From NCBI GenBank assembly GCA_036012755.1, contig DASCPX010000070.1, positions 1 through 64,000 of the forward strand: a stretch of 64,000 nt of DNA, read 5' to 3'. How positions within the stretch are numbered: the stretch's first letter is position 1; each line of letters begins with the position of its first letter. This DNA comes from Myxococcota bacterium. GTDB lineage: Bacteria; Myxococcota_A; UBA796; CAJQPC01. The translations under genes were made by a program, and so were the position numbers. The notes beneath the pieces are model-generated. The model was not told where the DNA came from and searched no databases. It saw nothing but the letters and a program-made list of their open reading frames with translations. Of this stretch, positions 36,026 to 44,514 are shown one piece after another.

Positions 36026-36960
36026 TCGCTCACCTCGTTGACGGTGATGGTGTACCAGTAGAGTTCTCCGGTGCCATTGCGAGCCTCGAGGACCTGCAGG
36101 TACCAGACCTCGCCTCCTCCGCCTGTGCGCTCGAAGGCCGGATCGTTGCCGACATCGAAGGGGTTGGTGTCGGCCCACTCCTCCCAGCTGCTCTTCAGGG
36201 AGTCCCCTTCCTTGGTCGTCTTCCACATCACGAGCCTGGTGTCCAGCGGCGAGCCGAGGCGGTGGGCCACGATCTCGGCGCGGAGCTGCACCTTGGCGTC
36301 GGGGGTCGTCAGCACGTACCAGTCGCGCTCGTCTCCTTCGACGAGGGTGGCGTAGACCACCTCGCCGAGAACGATGGGCTGTGCGAGGTCCCAGCTGCCG
36401 TGGTCCTCGACCTCGACGCTGTCCGGGGTGATGGGGGACTTCGCTTCGCTGACGTGGAAGAAGTACTCGTAGCCCTCGTCGGCTCCCTGCCCGGGGTCCT
36501 GCTCGGCCATGGCGAGCCGCCAGGTGTCGGCCCCCGGGACCGGGACGAGGATGTAGGGGTCGGAGCTCTGGGCGCCCTTTCCGGCCAACAGCGCGTGGCC
36601 CCCCTCAGAGCCCAGGCCGAAGACGAGGTCCGCCGCGCTCCCGCGCTCCGCCGCGTCGACGTCGATCTCGATCCAGCCGGCGGTGCGCGTCTCGAACTCG
36701 TAGTAGTCGAGGTCGAAGCTCTGGGAGATCTCGCCGCAGGCCTCTCTCTCTCGGGCGATGAAGGTCGGCTCGGTGTCGTTGTTGTTCGGCTCCTGCTCGG
36801 GCTGCGCGCACATCGGCGGCGGCGCGGTGTCGCGCGAGTCGACGGAGTCCGCGGACTCCTTGCCCGCCGAGTCGGGCGAGGTGTCGAACCTCGGTGGCGT
36901 CACCTGCGGATTGCAGGCCTTGCACGAGGCCCAGCAGGCCAGGACCGACAACAGACCCAT
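36022..36960 (-). CDS. Lipoprotein with two PPC-like (EPNN / D-x-D-Y-Y) domains
   Basis: MGLLSVLAC; EQEPNNN, DLDYYEF, DERDWYV and GSPLDTRL. Confidence 0.78.
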   Translation of the reverse strand: MGLLSVLACWASCKACNPQVTPPRFDTSPDSAGKESADSVDSRDTAPPPMCAQPEQEPNNNDTEPTFIAREREACGEISQSFDLDYYEFETRTAGWIEIDVDAAERGSAADLVFGLGSEGGHALLAGKGAQSSDPYILVPVPGADTWRLAMAEQDPGQGADEGYEYFFHVSEAKSPITPDSVEVEDHGSWDLAQPIVLGEVVYATLVEGDERDWYVLTTPDAKVQLRAEIVAHRLGSPLDTRLVMWKTTKEGDSLKSSWEEWADTNPFDVGNDPAFERTGGGGEVWYLQVLEARNGTGELYWYTITVNEVSE

Positions 36961-36961
36961 G

Positions 36962-38395
36962 TCAGTCGCAGCCCCGCGCTTCGAGCTCGTAGGGGGCGTC
37001 GTCCTCTGCCTCCACGGTGGCCGCTGGCCAGTGGATGATGCCGGCGTTCCAGACCTCGTTGCGGGACAGCACCATCGAGTCCTCCTCGAAGAGCTCGCCG
37101 TCGAGGTAGAAGCGCACCGTCGCGGTGAGGGCCCCGTCGCCGTTGTGGTCGAAGTAGTGGACGCGCACGGGGTAGTCGCCGTCTGCGGGGGTCTGGATGT
37201 TGATGTTCTCGGGCCCGTAGCCGCCGATGTCGTCGAGGTCGAGGGTCGGGTCGTCCTCTGTCCCGGAGCTACCCCAGCTGGGGCTGGGGTTGCAGTAGCA
37301 GACGTCGCCGGGGCGCTCGAAGAGGGAGGCGTCCTCTGACTCGAGCATGTGGAGATCGACATCAGCGGCGGCGGCGTCCCAGATCATCTCGACGTGGATG
37401 GCGTCCGTCGGGACGGCGTCGATCGAGTACTTCGCCGGCGCGCTCACGACGCCGAGCTCGTTCTCGACGACGAGCTGCACTTCGTAGCGACCCGCGATGT
37501 CGAAGTAGGCCTCCGTCGCGTCCCCGACGGTGTCCTGGAGCTTGCCGCCGGAGCCGGTGGGGGTGACGACCAGGGACCACTCGTAGTCCGTGATCTCCCA
37601 GCCGCCGGGGTCGTACGAGTCCGAGCCGTCGAGCCCGATGGTCTCGGGCGGGTCGACGGAGTCGGGGCCGTCGATGACCGCGACCGGGTAGTCGAAGTCG
37701 CCGCCGCCGTTGCCGAGGAGGGTGACGATGACCTCCGGCTCGTCGGGGTCGTTGCTGGTGATGGCCAGGGAGCCGTTGTCGCCGTCGATGGTCGTCGGCG
37801 AGTACAGCACGATGACCTGCGTGGAGCCGTCGGGCGGGATCGTCTGGAAGGCCGGGTCTCCGAGGATGGAGAAGGTGCCGCTGCCCCCCTGGGAGGTGGT
37901 GCCGATGAGCAGGTCTCCGTCGCCCTGGTTCTTCAGCGTGAACCACATGGTGTCGGCGTCCCCTGGCGCGACGACGTCGAAGTCGACGCTGCTGGGGTCG
38001 AGGTGGATGTCCGGGGTCGGGCCGTCGCCGCCGAGGCCGGTGATTGAGAGTCCGAGCTCGGGGCTGTCCTCGATGTTGGTCGTGAAGACCAGCTCGGTGT
38101 CGTAGTCCTTGTAGGTCGCGGGGGTGAACTGGACGATGATCTCGGCGCGCTCGCCGCGAGGCAGCTCGAGGGTCTCGGGGTCGACGGAGTAGACACCGCC
38201 GAACTCGGCGAAGGCGAGCTCCGCCGTCAGCGGCGCCTGGCCGGTGTTGATGACCTCGACGACGGCCTCCTCCGTGAAGTCGACGACGACTTCACCGAAG
38301 TGGAGGGCCTCCGGGCTGAGGGTCAGCTCGGGGACGAGGACGTTGATCTGCTGGTCCTGCTCACATGAGAGCAGGAGGCCCACAGTGACCCACAT
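36962..38395 (-). CDS. Lipoprotein: two choice-of-anchor-D/ASH-like Ig domains, PKD, YfaP/DUF2135-like domain
   Basis: MWVTVGLLLSC; LHFGEV..INTG; ITSNDPDEP; LDGSDSYDP; DVDLHML...DDIGGYGPENINI. Confidence 0.83.
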   Translation of the reverse strand: MWVTVGLLLSCEQDQQINVLVPELTLSPEALHFGEVVVDFTEEAVVEVINTGQAPLTAELAFAEFGGVYSVDPETLELPRGERAEIIVQFTPATYKDYDTELVFTTNIEDSPELGLSITGLGGDGPTPDIHLDPSSVDFDVVAPGDADTMWFTLKNQGDGDLLIGTTSQGGSGTFSILGDPAFQTIPPDGSTQVIVLYSPTTIDGDNGSLAITSNDPDEPEVIVTLLGNGGGDFDYPVAVIDGPDSVDPPETIGLDGSDSYDPGGWEITDYEWSLVVTPTGSGGKLQDTVGDATEAYFDIAGRYEVQLVVENELGVVSAPAKYSIDAVPTDAIHVEMIWDAAAADVDLHMLESEDASLFERPGDVCYCNPSPSWGSSGTEDDPTLDLDDIGGYGPENINIQTPADGDYPVRVHYFDHNGDGALTATVRFYLDGELFEEDSMVLSRNEVWNAGIIHWPAATVEAEDDAPYELEARGCD

Positions 38396-38468
38396 GGCGC
38401 GTTCTCCTCATGGTCTTCGAGGGTAACCGGCCGCTCGGGAGGTCGGAAATGGCTGCATCGGGATCGGC

Positions 38469-38594
38469 AGCGGGGAGCGGTCGCGGAGGCGGAAGCGGTC
38501 GCGGAAGCGGAAGCGGGAGCGAGAGCGGAAGCGGAAGCGGGAGCGGAGAGCGGGAGCGGGAGCGGAGAGCGGGAGCGGGAGCGGGGAGCGGGAG
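38469..38594. repeat. Degenerate purine-rich microsatellite (AGCGGR)n, about 20 units
   Basis: Directly visible runs such as gcggaagcggaagcgggagcggagagcgggagcggg; intergenic between divergent genes. Confidence 0.9.
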
Positions 38595-38637
38595 TGCACG
38601 TGCCGAAGTCGCTCAGGCTGCGTAGCTGTCCCGCGCC

Positions 38638-38734
38638 GGGTCTCTCCAGTGGGGCCTCCGGGGCATCGTCGGCGGCCCCGCCGGGGGCGAGGGGCCGCCT
38701 CCTCAACCCCTGCGGCCCCCCCATGGAGAGACCC
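38638..38734 (+). promoter_or_regulatory. Long GC-rich hairpin overlapping the RBS of the four-helix-bundle gene
   Basis: GGGTCTCTCCA (38638-48) pairs with TGGAGAGACCC (38724-34); GGGGCC with GGCCCC; GGCGGCCCC (38671-79) with GGGGCCGCC (38691-99). Confidence 0.7.
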
Positions 38735-38736
38735 TC

Positions 38737-39066
38737 ATGCGCAGCACGACCAACTACTTCCCCTTCGAGCGGACCGACGTCTACACACTCTCGGTGAGCG
38801 TGAACCGCCGGGTGGCCAAGCTCCGGTGGCCGACCGGCCGAGGACACCTGAAGGACCAGGCAATCCGGGCGGCGGACTCGATGGTGCTGAACCTGGCCGA
38901 AGGGTGGGAGCGGGGCCACCAGACAGGCGCCGCGCGGAACCACTTCCGTATCGCAAAGGGCAGCGCGGCCGAGGTGTTCGCAGTGCTGGACATCCTCGAG
39001 GTCGAGACGGAGCTTCGAGACGACCTCCGGAGGGTCGGGGCGATGCTCGCCCGGCTCGCTCGGTGA
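38737..39066 (+). CDS. Four helix bundle protein (23S rRNA IVP / bAvd-like family)
   Basis: FERTDVY, LKDQAIRAADSMVLNLAEG, FRIAKGSAAEV and VGAMLARL family pattern. Confidence 0.9.
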   Translation: MRSTTNYFPFERTDVYTLSVSVNRRVAKLRWPTGRGHLKDQAIRAADSMVLNLAEGWERGHQTGAARNHFRIAKGSAAEVFAVLDILEVETELRDDLRRVGAMLARLAR

Positions 39067-39327
39067 GCCCTCGCCCGCCAAGCGGCCCGCCGGTCGAGGA
39101 TCGAAACTGGAAGTTCTTTTCCAATCTGGTCGGCCAGCTCAGAGGCGACCTCGGGCCGGGCAGGCCGAACACTCCCCGTGCGACGCCGGGAGCTGTAACA
39201 ACGCTGATACAGCCACCCGGTCCTCCAGCAGCCCACACGCCCGGTACAACGTCAGATGTCGAGCGCCGTCCCCATCGCCCGCCTCGCGCCGCTTCGAAGC
39301 ACGGCCCAGATTCACTGATTCACCGAG

Positions 39328-41382
39328 TCACTGGAACCCCAACAGCCCCATCCCCTGGTACGTCAGGAAGCTCGCGACCCACGCCAGCGCTGTCATGTAG
39401 GTGAACAAGAACCCCGTCCATCCCCAGCTCTTCGTCTCTCGCTTCACCGCCGCCAGGGTCGACATGCACTGACAGGCCAGGGCGATGAAGACCATCAGTG
39501 ACAGACCCACGCGCGGTGTCCACACGGGCTGGCCGGAGGCATCGAGCTCGGCCTTCATCTGCTCGCGGAGCGTGGTCGGGTCGTCCTCGTCGAGCTCCTC
39601 GATGGCGTAGACCACGCCCATCGTGCCGACGAAGACCTCGCGGGCGGCGAAGGCTCCGACCAGCCCGACGCCGATCTTCCAGTCGTAGCCCAAGGGCTCG
39701 ATGACGGGCTCCATCGCCTTGCCCATGCGACCGGCGTAGCTGTGCTCGATCTGGTGAGCCGCGGCGACACCCTCGTCCGCTCCATCGAGGTCGGCCTGGG
39801 GGAAGCTCAACAGCACCCACATGCCGATGGTGCAGGCGAAGATGATGGTGCCAGCGTCCTTGAGGAAGCGGCTGGTCTGGCGCCACACGTGGCGGAGCAC
39901 GTCGGGGGGCCGGGGCAGGCGATAGGGCGGCAGCTCCAACAGCAGCGGCGCCGGCGGCGCCCGGAGCATGGTCTTGGACAGGACCAGCCCGGCGGCCAAG
40001 GCGATGAACACCGAGAAGAGGTAGATGCCCATCATCATCAGGCCCTGGGTCGTGAAGAAGCCCAGGACCTTCCTCGGCGGGAACAGGGCCGCGATGATCA
40101 AGGTGTAGACCGGCAGCCTGGCCGAGCAGGTCATCAGCGGGACGACCATCATCGTCAGGATGCGGTCCCGCTTCCGTGACATGGTCCGGGTGGCCATCAC
40201 CGCCGGCACGGCGCAGGCGAAGCCCGACAGCATCGGCACGAAGGCCCGCCCGTGGAGGCCCAGGGGCTTCATCACCCGGTCCATCAGGTAGGCGACCCGA
40301 GCCATGTACCCGGTGTCCTCCATCACCCCGATCAGCAGGAACAAGAGGACGATCTGCGGCAAGAAGACCAGCACGCTGCCGAGCCCGCCGATGACCCCCT
40401 CGACCAGGAAGTCAGTGAACAACCCCGGGGCGAGGTGGCCCGCGACCAGCTCGCCGAGGACACCAAAGAGGCCCTCGATGGCCGTGATCGCCGGGTCCGA
40501 CCAGGTGAAGAGCCCCTGGAAGACCAGGAGCATCACGACCACGAAGATCGCCATGCCGAAGACCGGGTGCAAGAGCACGCGGTCGACCCGCTCGGTGCGT
40601 TCCCGGCTGGCCTCGCCAGGGATTAGAGGCGCGATCTCGCGGTCCAGCCAGTCGTAGCGGGCCCTCACGATCTCCTCGTCGAAGCGCCCCTGTTGCTCCT
40701 CGATCCTGGCCCGAGCCCCGGGCGGGATGCCGCTGAGCTCGTCCTCCTCTCCGACGCTTGACAGCGCCCACAAAGCCAGAGCCCGTTCACCACCGAAATC
40801 TCCTGCGAGCTCGTCGAGGAGCTCGGAGAGCTCGGCCCGGGGGCTCCAGCGCCACCTGGGCTCTTGCTCCCGGTGCTCCAGGGCGTGGGCGATCACCTCG
40901 CGCAGGTCGTCCACACCCTCTCCCGTCCGCGGCACGCAGCCGACCACCGAGCACTGCAGGGCGGTCCCGAGAGCCTCGCTGTCCGGCATGGCCGCGCCGG
41001 CCTCGTCGATCATCGTGAGCGCGACGACGACGTCCAGCCCGAGCTCCTGGATCTGCAGCACCAGGTAGAGGTTGCGCAAGAGGTTCGTGGCGTCGCAACA
41101 GACCACGACGAGGTCAGCTCGAGGCTCCCCGTTGCGGCCGGCGATCCAGTCGATGGCGAGCTGCTCCTCGAGGGAGTGGGCCACCAGCGAATACGTGCCC
41201 GGCAGGTCCCGCAGCTCCAGGGTCCGATCGTCCAGGACGAGCTCGCCGACGAGGGGCTCGACCGTGACGCCTGGGTAGTTGCCCGTGCGAGCCCTGCCGC
41301 CGGTCAGGCGGTTGAACAGGGTGCTCTTGCCCGTGTTCGGGTTGCCCGCGACCAGGACACGAGGTCGCGCTCCCGAGTTCAC
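39328..41382 (-). CDS. feoB: Ferrous iron transporter B
   Basis: GNPNTGKSTLFNRLTG, GNYPGVTVE, DLPGTYSL, EDTGYMAR, GFACAVPA, CSARLPVY and FAAREVFV. Confidence 0.97.
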   Translation of the reverse strand: MNSGARPRVLVAGNPNTGKSTLFNRLTGGRARTGNYPGVTVEPLVGELVLDDRTLELRDLPGTYSLVAHSLEEQLAIDWIAGRNGEPRADLVVVCCDATNLLRNLYLVLQIQELGLDVVVALTMIDEAGAAMPDSEALGTALQCSVVGCVPRTGEGVDDLREVIAHALEHREQEPRWRWSPRAELSELLDELAGDFGGERALALWALSSVGEEDELSGIPPGARARIEEQQGRFDEEIVRARYDWLDREIAPLIPGEASRERTERVDRVLLHPVFGMAIFVVVMLLVFQGLFTWSDPAITAIEGLFGVLGELVAGHLAPGLFTDFLVEGVIGGLGSVLVFLPQIVLLFLLIGVMEDTGYMARVAYLMDRVMKPLGLHGRAFVPMLSGFACAVPAVMATRTMSRKRDRILTMMVVPLMTCSARLPVYTLIIAALFPPRKVLGFFTTQGLMMMGIYLFSVFIALAAGLVLSKTMLRAPPAPLLLELPPYRLPRPPDVLRHVWRQTSRFLKDAGTIIFACTIGMWVLLSFPQADLDGADEGVAAAHQIEHSYAGRMGKAMEPVIEPLGYDWKIGVGLVGAFAAREVFVGTMGVVYAIEELDEDDPTTLREQMKAELDASGQPVWTPRVGLSLMVFIALACQCMSTLAAVKRETKSWGWTGFLFTYMTALAWVASFLTYQGMGLLGFQ

Positions 41383-41600
41383 CGGCTGACCTGGATCGCC
41401 TCGGCCTCGGCCTTGCGGATGGAGAGGCATCCACCTCGCACGGCGATCTCGAGGGGGTCACCGAGGGGTGCCACGCGCAGGGTCCGGATCGTGGTCCCGG
41501 GCACCAGGCCCAGCTCGAGCAGGCGGAGGCGAAAAGCCCTGCTGCCGTCGAGTCCTTCGACGGTGGCTTCGTGGCCGATGGGGAGCTGGCGAAGAGTCAT
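41379..41600 (-). CDS. feoA: Ferrous iron transport protein A
   Basis: RLLELGLVPGT..RVAPLGDPLEIAVRG..LSIRKAEA. Confidence 0.95.
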   Translation of the reverse strand: MTLRQLPIGHEATVEGLDGSRAFRLRLLELGLVPGTTIRTLRVAPLGDPLEIAVRGGCLSIRKAEAEAIQVSR

Positions 41601-41660
41601 ATTGAAAAACCGTTTTCAATTAGGCACTGAACGTATAGCCTTATTGAAAACCGTTTTCAA
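41601..41660. promoter_or_regulatory. Two Fur-box-like palindromes upstream of feoA
   Basis: ATTGAAAAACCGTTTTCAAT (41601-20) and TTGAAAACCGTTTTCAA (41644-60) in an AT-rich island directly upstream of feoA. Confidence 0.8.
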
Positions 41661-41665
41661 GAAGA

Positions 41666-41863
41666 TCAGTAGTGGGGCGGGACCTCGTCCTCGAGCTTGT
41701 TCGCCTGCCCCCCCGCGGCCACCACCTGGTCCCGGACTTCAGCCAGGTCTCGCCTGAGCTGTTGGACCTCGCGGTTCAGCACCTGGACCACACCGTCGAG
41801 CTCGGCGATGAGCTGGTCCTGGTAGGCGCACTTGATCTCCAGCTCCTCGATGCGCTTGTCCAT
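41666..41863 (-). CDS. slyX: SlyX family protein
   Basis: RIEELEIKCAYQDQLIAELDGVV...EDEVPPHY signature. Confidence 0.9.
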   Translation of the reverse strand: MDKRIEELEIKCAYQDQLIAELDGVVQVLNREVQQLRRDLAEVRDQVVAAGGQANKLEDEVPPHY

Positions 41864-42489
41864 CACTCGCCGCCGACGAAAGCGCGGAGCTTTCGGCGAG
41901 TCGGGGCGTCGACGTCGACGAACTCGAAGGCCACCCCGTCGCTGTCGCGGCGGGCTACCCGGCCGGAGACCACCAGGTGGGTCTTGCTGTCGGGCTCCAC
42001 GATCACCAACTCGACGGTTGAGGTGTCCGAGATCGGCAGGTGCGTCGTGACGTAGACGCCGCCGGCGGACAGGTCGTGGGTGTCGAAGCACTCGCCGTCG
42101 AGCCCCCCGATGCGGCAGACGACCGCGACCTGCGCTCGCGGGAAGGTGCGCCGCTCGTCCGCCTCACCCCGCTGACCCTGCTCCAGAGAGGCGATGAAGC
42201 GCTCCCAGTAGCGCCGGCTGCCGTGGACGAAGACCGAGAACGACAGGCCGCAGCCGCTGGTGTCCTCTGGGGCCGGGCGGGCGATCATCGTGGCCTCGAC
42301 GATGTTCGTGTCGGGCAGCTGGAGCCGCAGCCAGACGAGGTCGCCGGTCTTGCAGCCCGGGTGGCTGTCGATGTGGAGGCCGAACCGGGAGACGTTCGTC
42401 GTCTCGCAGGTCAGGCGAGTCTCGAAGACGCCGATGTCCACCGGAAGCTGGACTTCGAAGCGCGGAGCGCGGCGGCCTTGGTCCGACAC
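41863..42489 (-). CDS. Tandem PilZ-domain protein
   Basis: RRAPRF...NVSRFGL and ERRTFPR...DLSAGG (RxxxR and D/NxSxxG motifs). Confidence 0.85.
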   Translation of the reverse strand: MSDQGRRAPRFEVQLPVDIGVFETRLTCETTNVSRFGLHIDSHPGCKTGDLVWLRLQLPDTNIVEATMIARPAPEDTSGCGLSFSVFVHGSRRYWERFIASLEQGQRGEADERRTFPRAQVAVVCRIGGLDGECFDTHDLSAGGVYVTTHLPISDTSTVELVIVEPDSKTHLVVSGRVARRDSDGVAFEFVDVDAPTRRKLRAFVGGE

Positions 42490-42491
42490 GC

Positions 42492-43283
42492 TCAGAGCAT
42501 ACCGAGGAGGCCCTCGCAGGCCTCTCTCATGGCTCTGACCTGCTCCGGACTCATGGGGTCCGAGGCGGTGTAGGTCTTCATCAGCTGGAGGTTCATCTCG
42601 AGTGGCTCCAGCACGCCGCTGGGGATGACGTCGCCCCCGACCGTCGCAGCGTAGGTCGCGAAGTAGTCGCCAATCGGCGGTTTGTGGAACAGCGCGTGGC
42701 CCGCCTCGTAGCGCTCCGTGTCCTCCATCGCGCCTGCCAACAGTGCGAAGGCCTGGAGCCATGCCCCCGCCGCCATCAGCGGGATGATCTCTTCCCCACC
42801 GTGGTCCTCGACGAGATCGAGGGCGTGCATCCGGCCATTGTCCAGCCGCGCGAGGACCTCTTCTGGAAGGGGTCCGGTGCGCAGGAAGGCCTCCATGTCT
42901 TGCGCGGCAGCGGAGGCTGGTCCGTCCACCTTGATGGCGTCCAGGCCGGTCTGGATGCGCGCCATGCGTTCGGCCACGAGATCCGGGTCTGCGACTCCGA
43001 CCTCGATCGCGAAGGCTCCGATCTCTGCGCCGGTGCGCGCCGCCGCGATGTTCGCCACCACCACATCCGGCTTGTGCTCGACAGCGCGTGCCCGCACCAC
43101 TGCGGCTTCCTGGAGGCCAGCCGCGGTCATCGCGGCGTGGAGTTCGACGAGGCTCGGCACGAGCTCCACGCCCTCTGGCCGGTACTCGAAGGCCATCTCG
43201 CGCCCTGGCGCCGAGCCCTCGACCGGGGCGGGCTCCGGCGGCTCCGGCTCCTCGACGGAGCATGCCAAGAGGAGGAAGATCAC
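42492..43283 (-). CDS. Hypothetical helical lipoprotein
   Basis: MIFLLLAC lipobox; TAGTG-coupled start. Confidence 0.72.
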   Translation of the reverse strand: MIFLLLACSVEEPEPPEPAPVEGSAPGREMAFEYRPEGVELVPSLVELHAAMTAAGLQEAAVVRARAVEHKPDVVVANIAAARTGAEIGAFAIEVGVADPDLVAERMARIQTGLDAIKVDGPASAAAQDMEAFLRTGPLPEEVLARLDNGRMHALDLVEDHGGEEIIPLMAAGAWLQAFALLAGAMEDTERYEAGHALFHKPPIGDYFATYAATVGGDVIPSGVLEPLEMNLQLMKTYTASDPMSPEQVRAMREACEGLLGML

Positions 43284-44512
43284 TACTCGGGCAGGAGTCC
43301 GACGACGGATGCCTGGGAGGCGATGGCCGCCTCACCCCAGAGCTCCTCGCTGGACAGCAAGTTCGGTGTCATCCAGATCTGGCCCGTGTGGTTGATGACC
43401 ACGAGCCCCCAGGTTCCGGTCGGGACCTCGTCTCCGACGAGCTCTTCGCCGTAGCTGCCGTCCTCGAGCACTGGGACGGCGGTTCCGGTCCATAGCAGCG
43501 GCAGGCGCGAGCTCGAGTAGGGCGCATTCGGCACCATCGCCGCGGGCAGGACCCAGTCGTCCGAGTGGGTCAGGGCACGCTGGAAGGGAGTGGCTCCGCC
43601 GTCGTCCGGGTTCGGCCGGAAGTCGATGAGCGCCTGGGAGATGGTGGCCTGCTCCGGGGGGTTGCCGTCTTCGTCCAAGAGGTGCCGCATCACCACGACC
43701 GGCCACATGTCGATGGCGCCGAGCCCCGCCGCCGCTTCGACCGGGTGGGGGTCTGCAACGCCGTCGCCGTCCTTGTCCCGCGCGATGACCGTGAAGGTCG
43801 TCGGGCAGTCCTCTGCGGTGGGGTCCTCGAGCTCCAGGAGGGGGTGCGAGATGCCAGTCGAGTCCAGGTCGAACTCGTGGTCGTGCACGTTGAAGACGTT
43901 GTTCTCGAGGTTGCGGTGGGGCAGGGTCTCCAGCGCCATCGCTCCGAGGCCGTATGCGGGACGCTCCCAGGGCAGGGGATCACCGACGAGGATGGTGATG
44001 CCGTCGACGTGGTCCGGGGCCTCGACCGACAGCGGCAGGATCTCGCCGCTGGCCGCGTCGAGCACGTAGGCGCCCAGCTGATCGCCGCAGGTCGCGCCGC
44101 CCGCGAAGTCGGTGAAGAAGGGGTTGAAGTCGTCGTCGTTGTCGATCAGCGCAGAGACGACGTAGTCGCCGGAGGCCAGGCCGGTGACCCCCCATGGCGC
44201 GCTCACCACGCCCTCTGCATAGGTCCCCAGCCGCTCGCCGGAGCCAGCGCCCCACTCGTTCGAGCCGATGGTCGCCAGGGCGATCGGCGAGCCGAAGCCG
44301 TTGGGCGGCGGGAGGTCGTCAGCCTCGTAGATGAGCACGTGCCCGACGCGCCGGTCGAGGAGCTCTCCACCGCTGTCGATGCTCTGGGTGGACGCCGAGC
44401 CGCTGGTCAACACGACGTCTCCGGAGAGCACGACCGTCTCCGGGTAGTCGCCGTAGTCGACGAAGGGGGCTTCGTAAGCGCAGCCGAGGAGGAGGGATCC
44501 GGTGAGGGTCAT
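43283..44512 (-). CDS. Hypothetical lipoprotein downstream of the TonB-dependent receptor
   Basis: MTLTGSLLLGC; YVVSALIDNDDDFNP; WGLVVINHTGQIWMTPN. Confidence 0.75.
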   Translation of the reverse strand: MTLTGSLLLGCAYEAPFVDYGDYPETVVLSGDVVLTSGSASTQSIDSGGELLDRRVGHVLIYEADDLPPPNGFGSPIALATIGSNEWGAGSGERLGTYAEGVVSAPWGVTGLASGDYVVSALIDNDDDFNPFFTDFAGGATCGDQLGAYVLDAASGEILPLSVEAPDHVDGITILVGDPLPWERPAYGLGAMALETLPHRNLENNVFNVHDHEFDLDSTGISHPLLELEDPTAEDCPTTFTVIARDKDGDGVADPHPVEAAAGLGAIDMWPVVVMRHLLDEDGNPPEQATISQALIDFRPNPDDGGATPFQRALTHSDDWVLPAAMVPNAPYSSSRLPLLWTGTAVPVLEDGSYGEELVGDEVPTGTWGLVVINHTGQIWMTPNLLSSEELWGEAAIASQASVVGLLPE

Positions 44513-44514
44513 GA

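Noticed and set aside
38408..38625. Gly/Ser- or Arg-rich small ORFs
   Set aside because: They are translations of the microsatellite, with no independent coding evidence.
38737..39066. Diversity-generating retroelement (Avd-like gene) or 23S rRNA intervening sequence
   Set aside because: No reverse transcriptase, no TR/VR pair and no rRNA sequence nearby.
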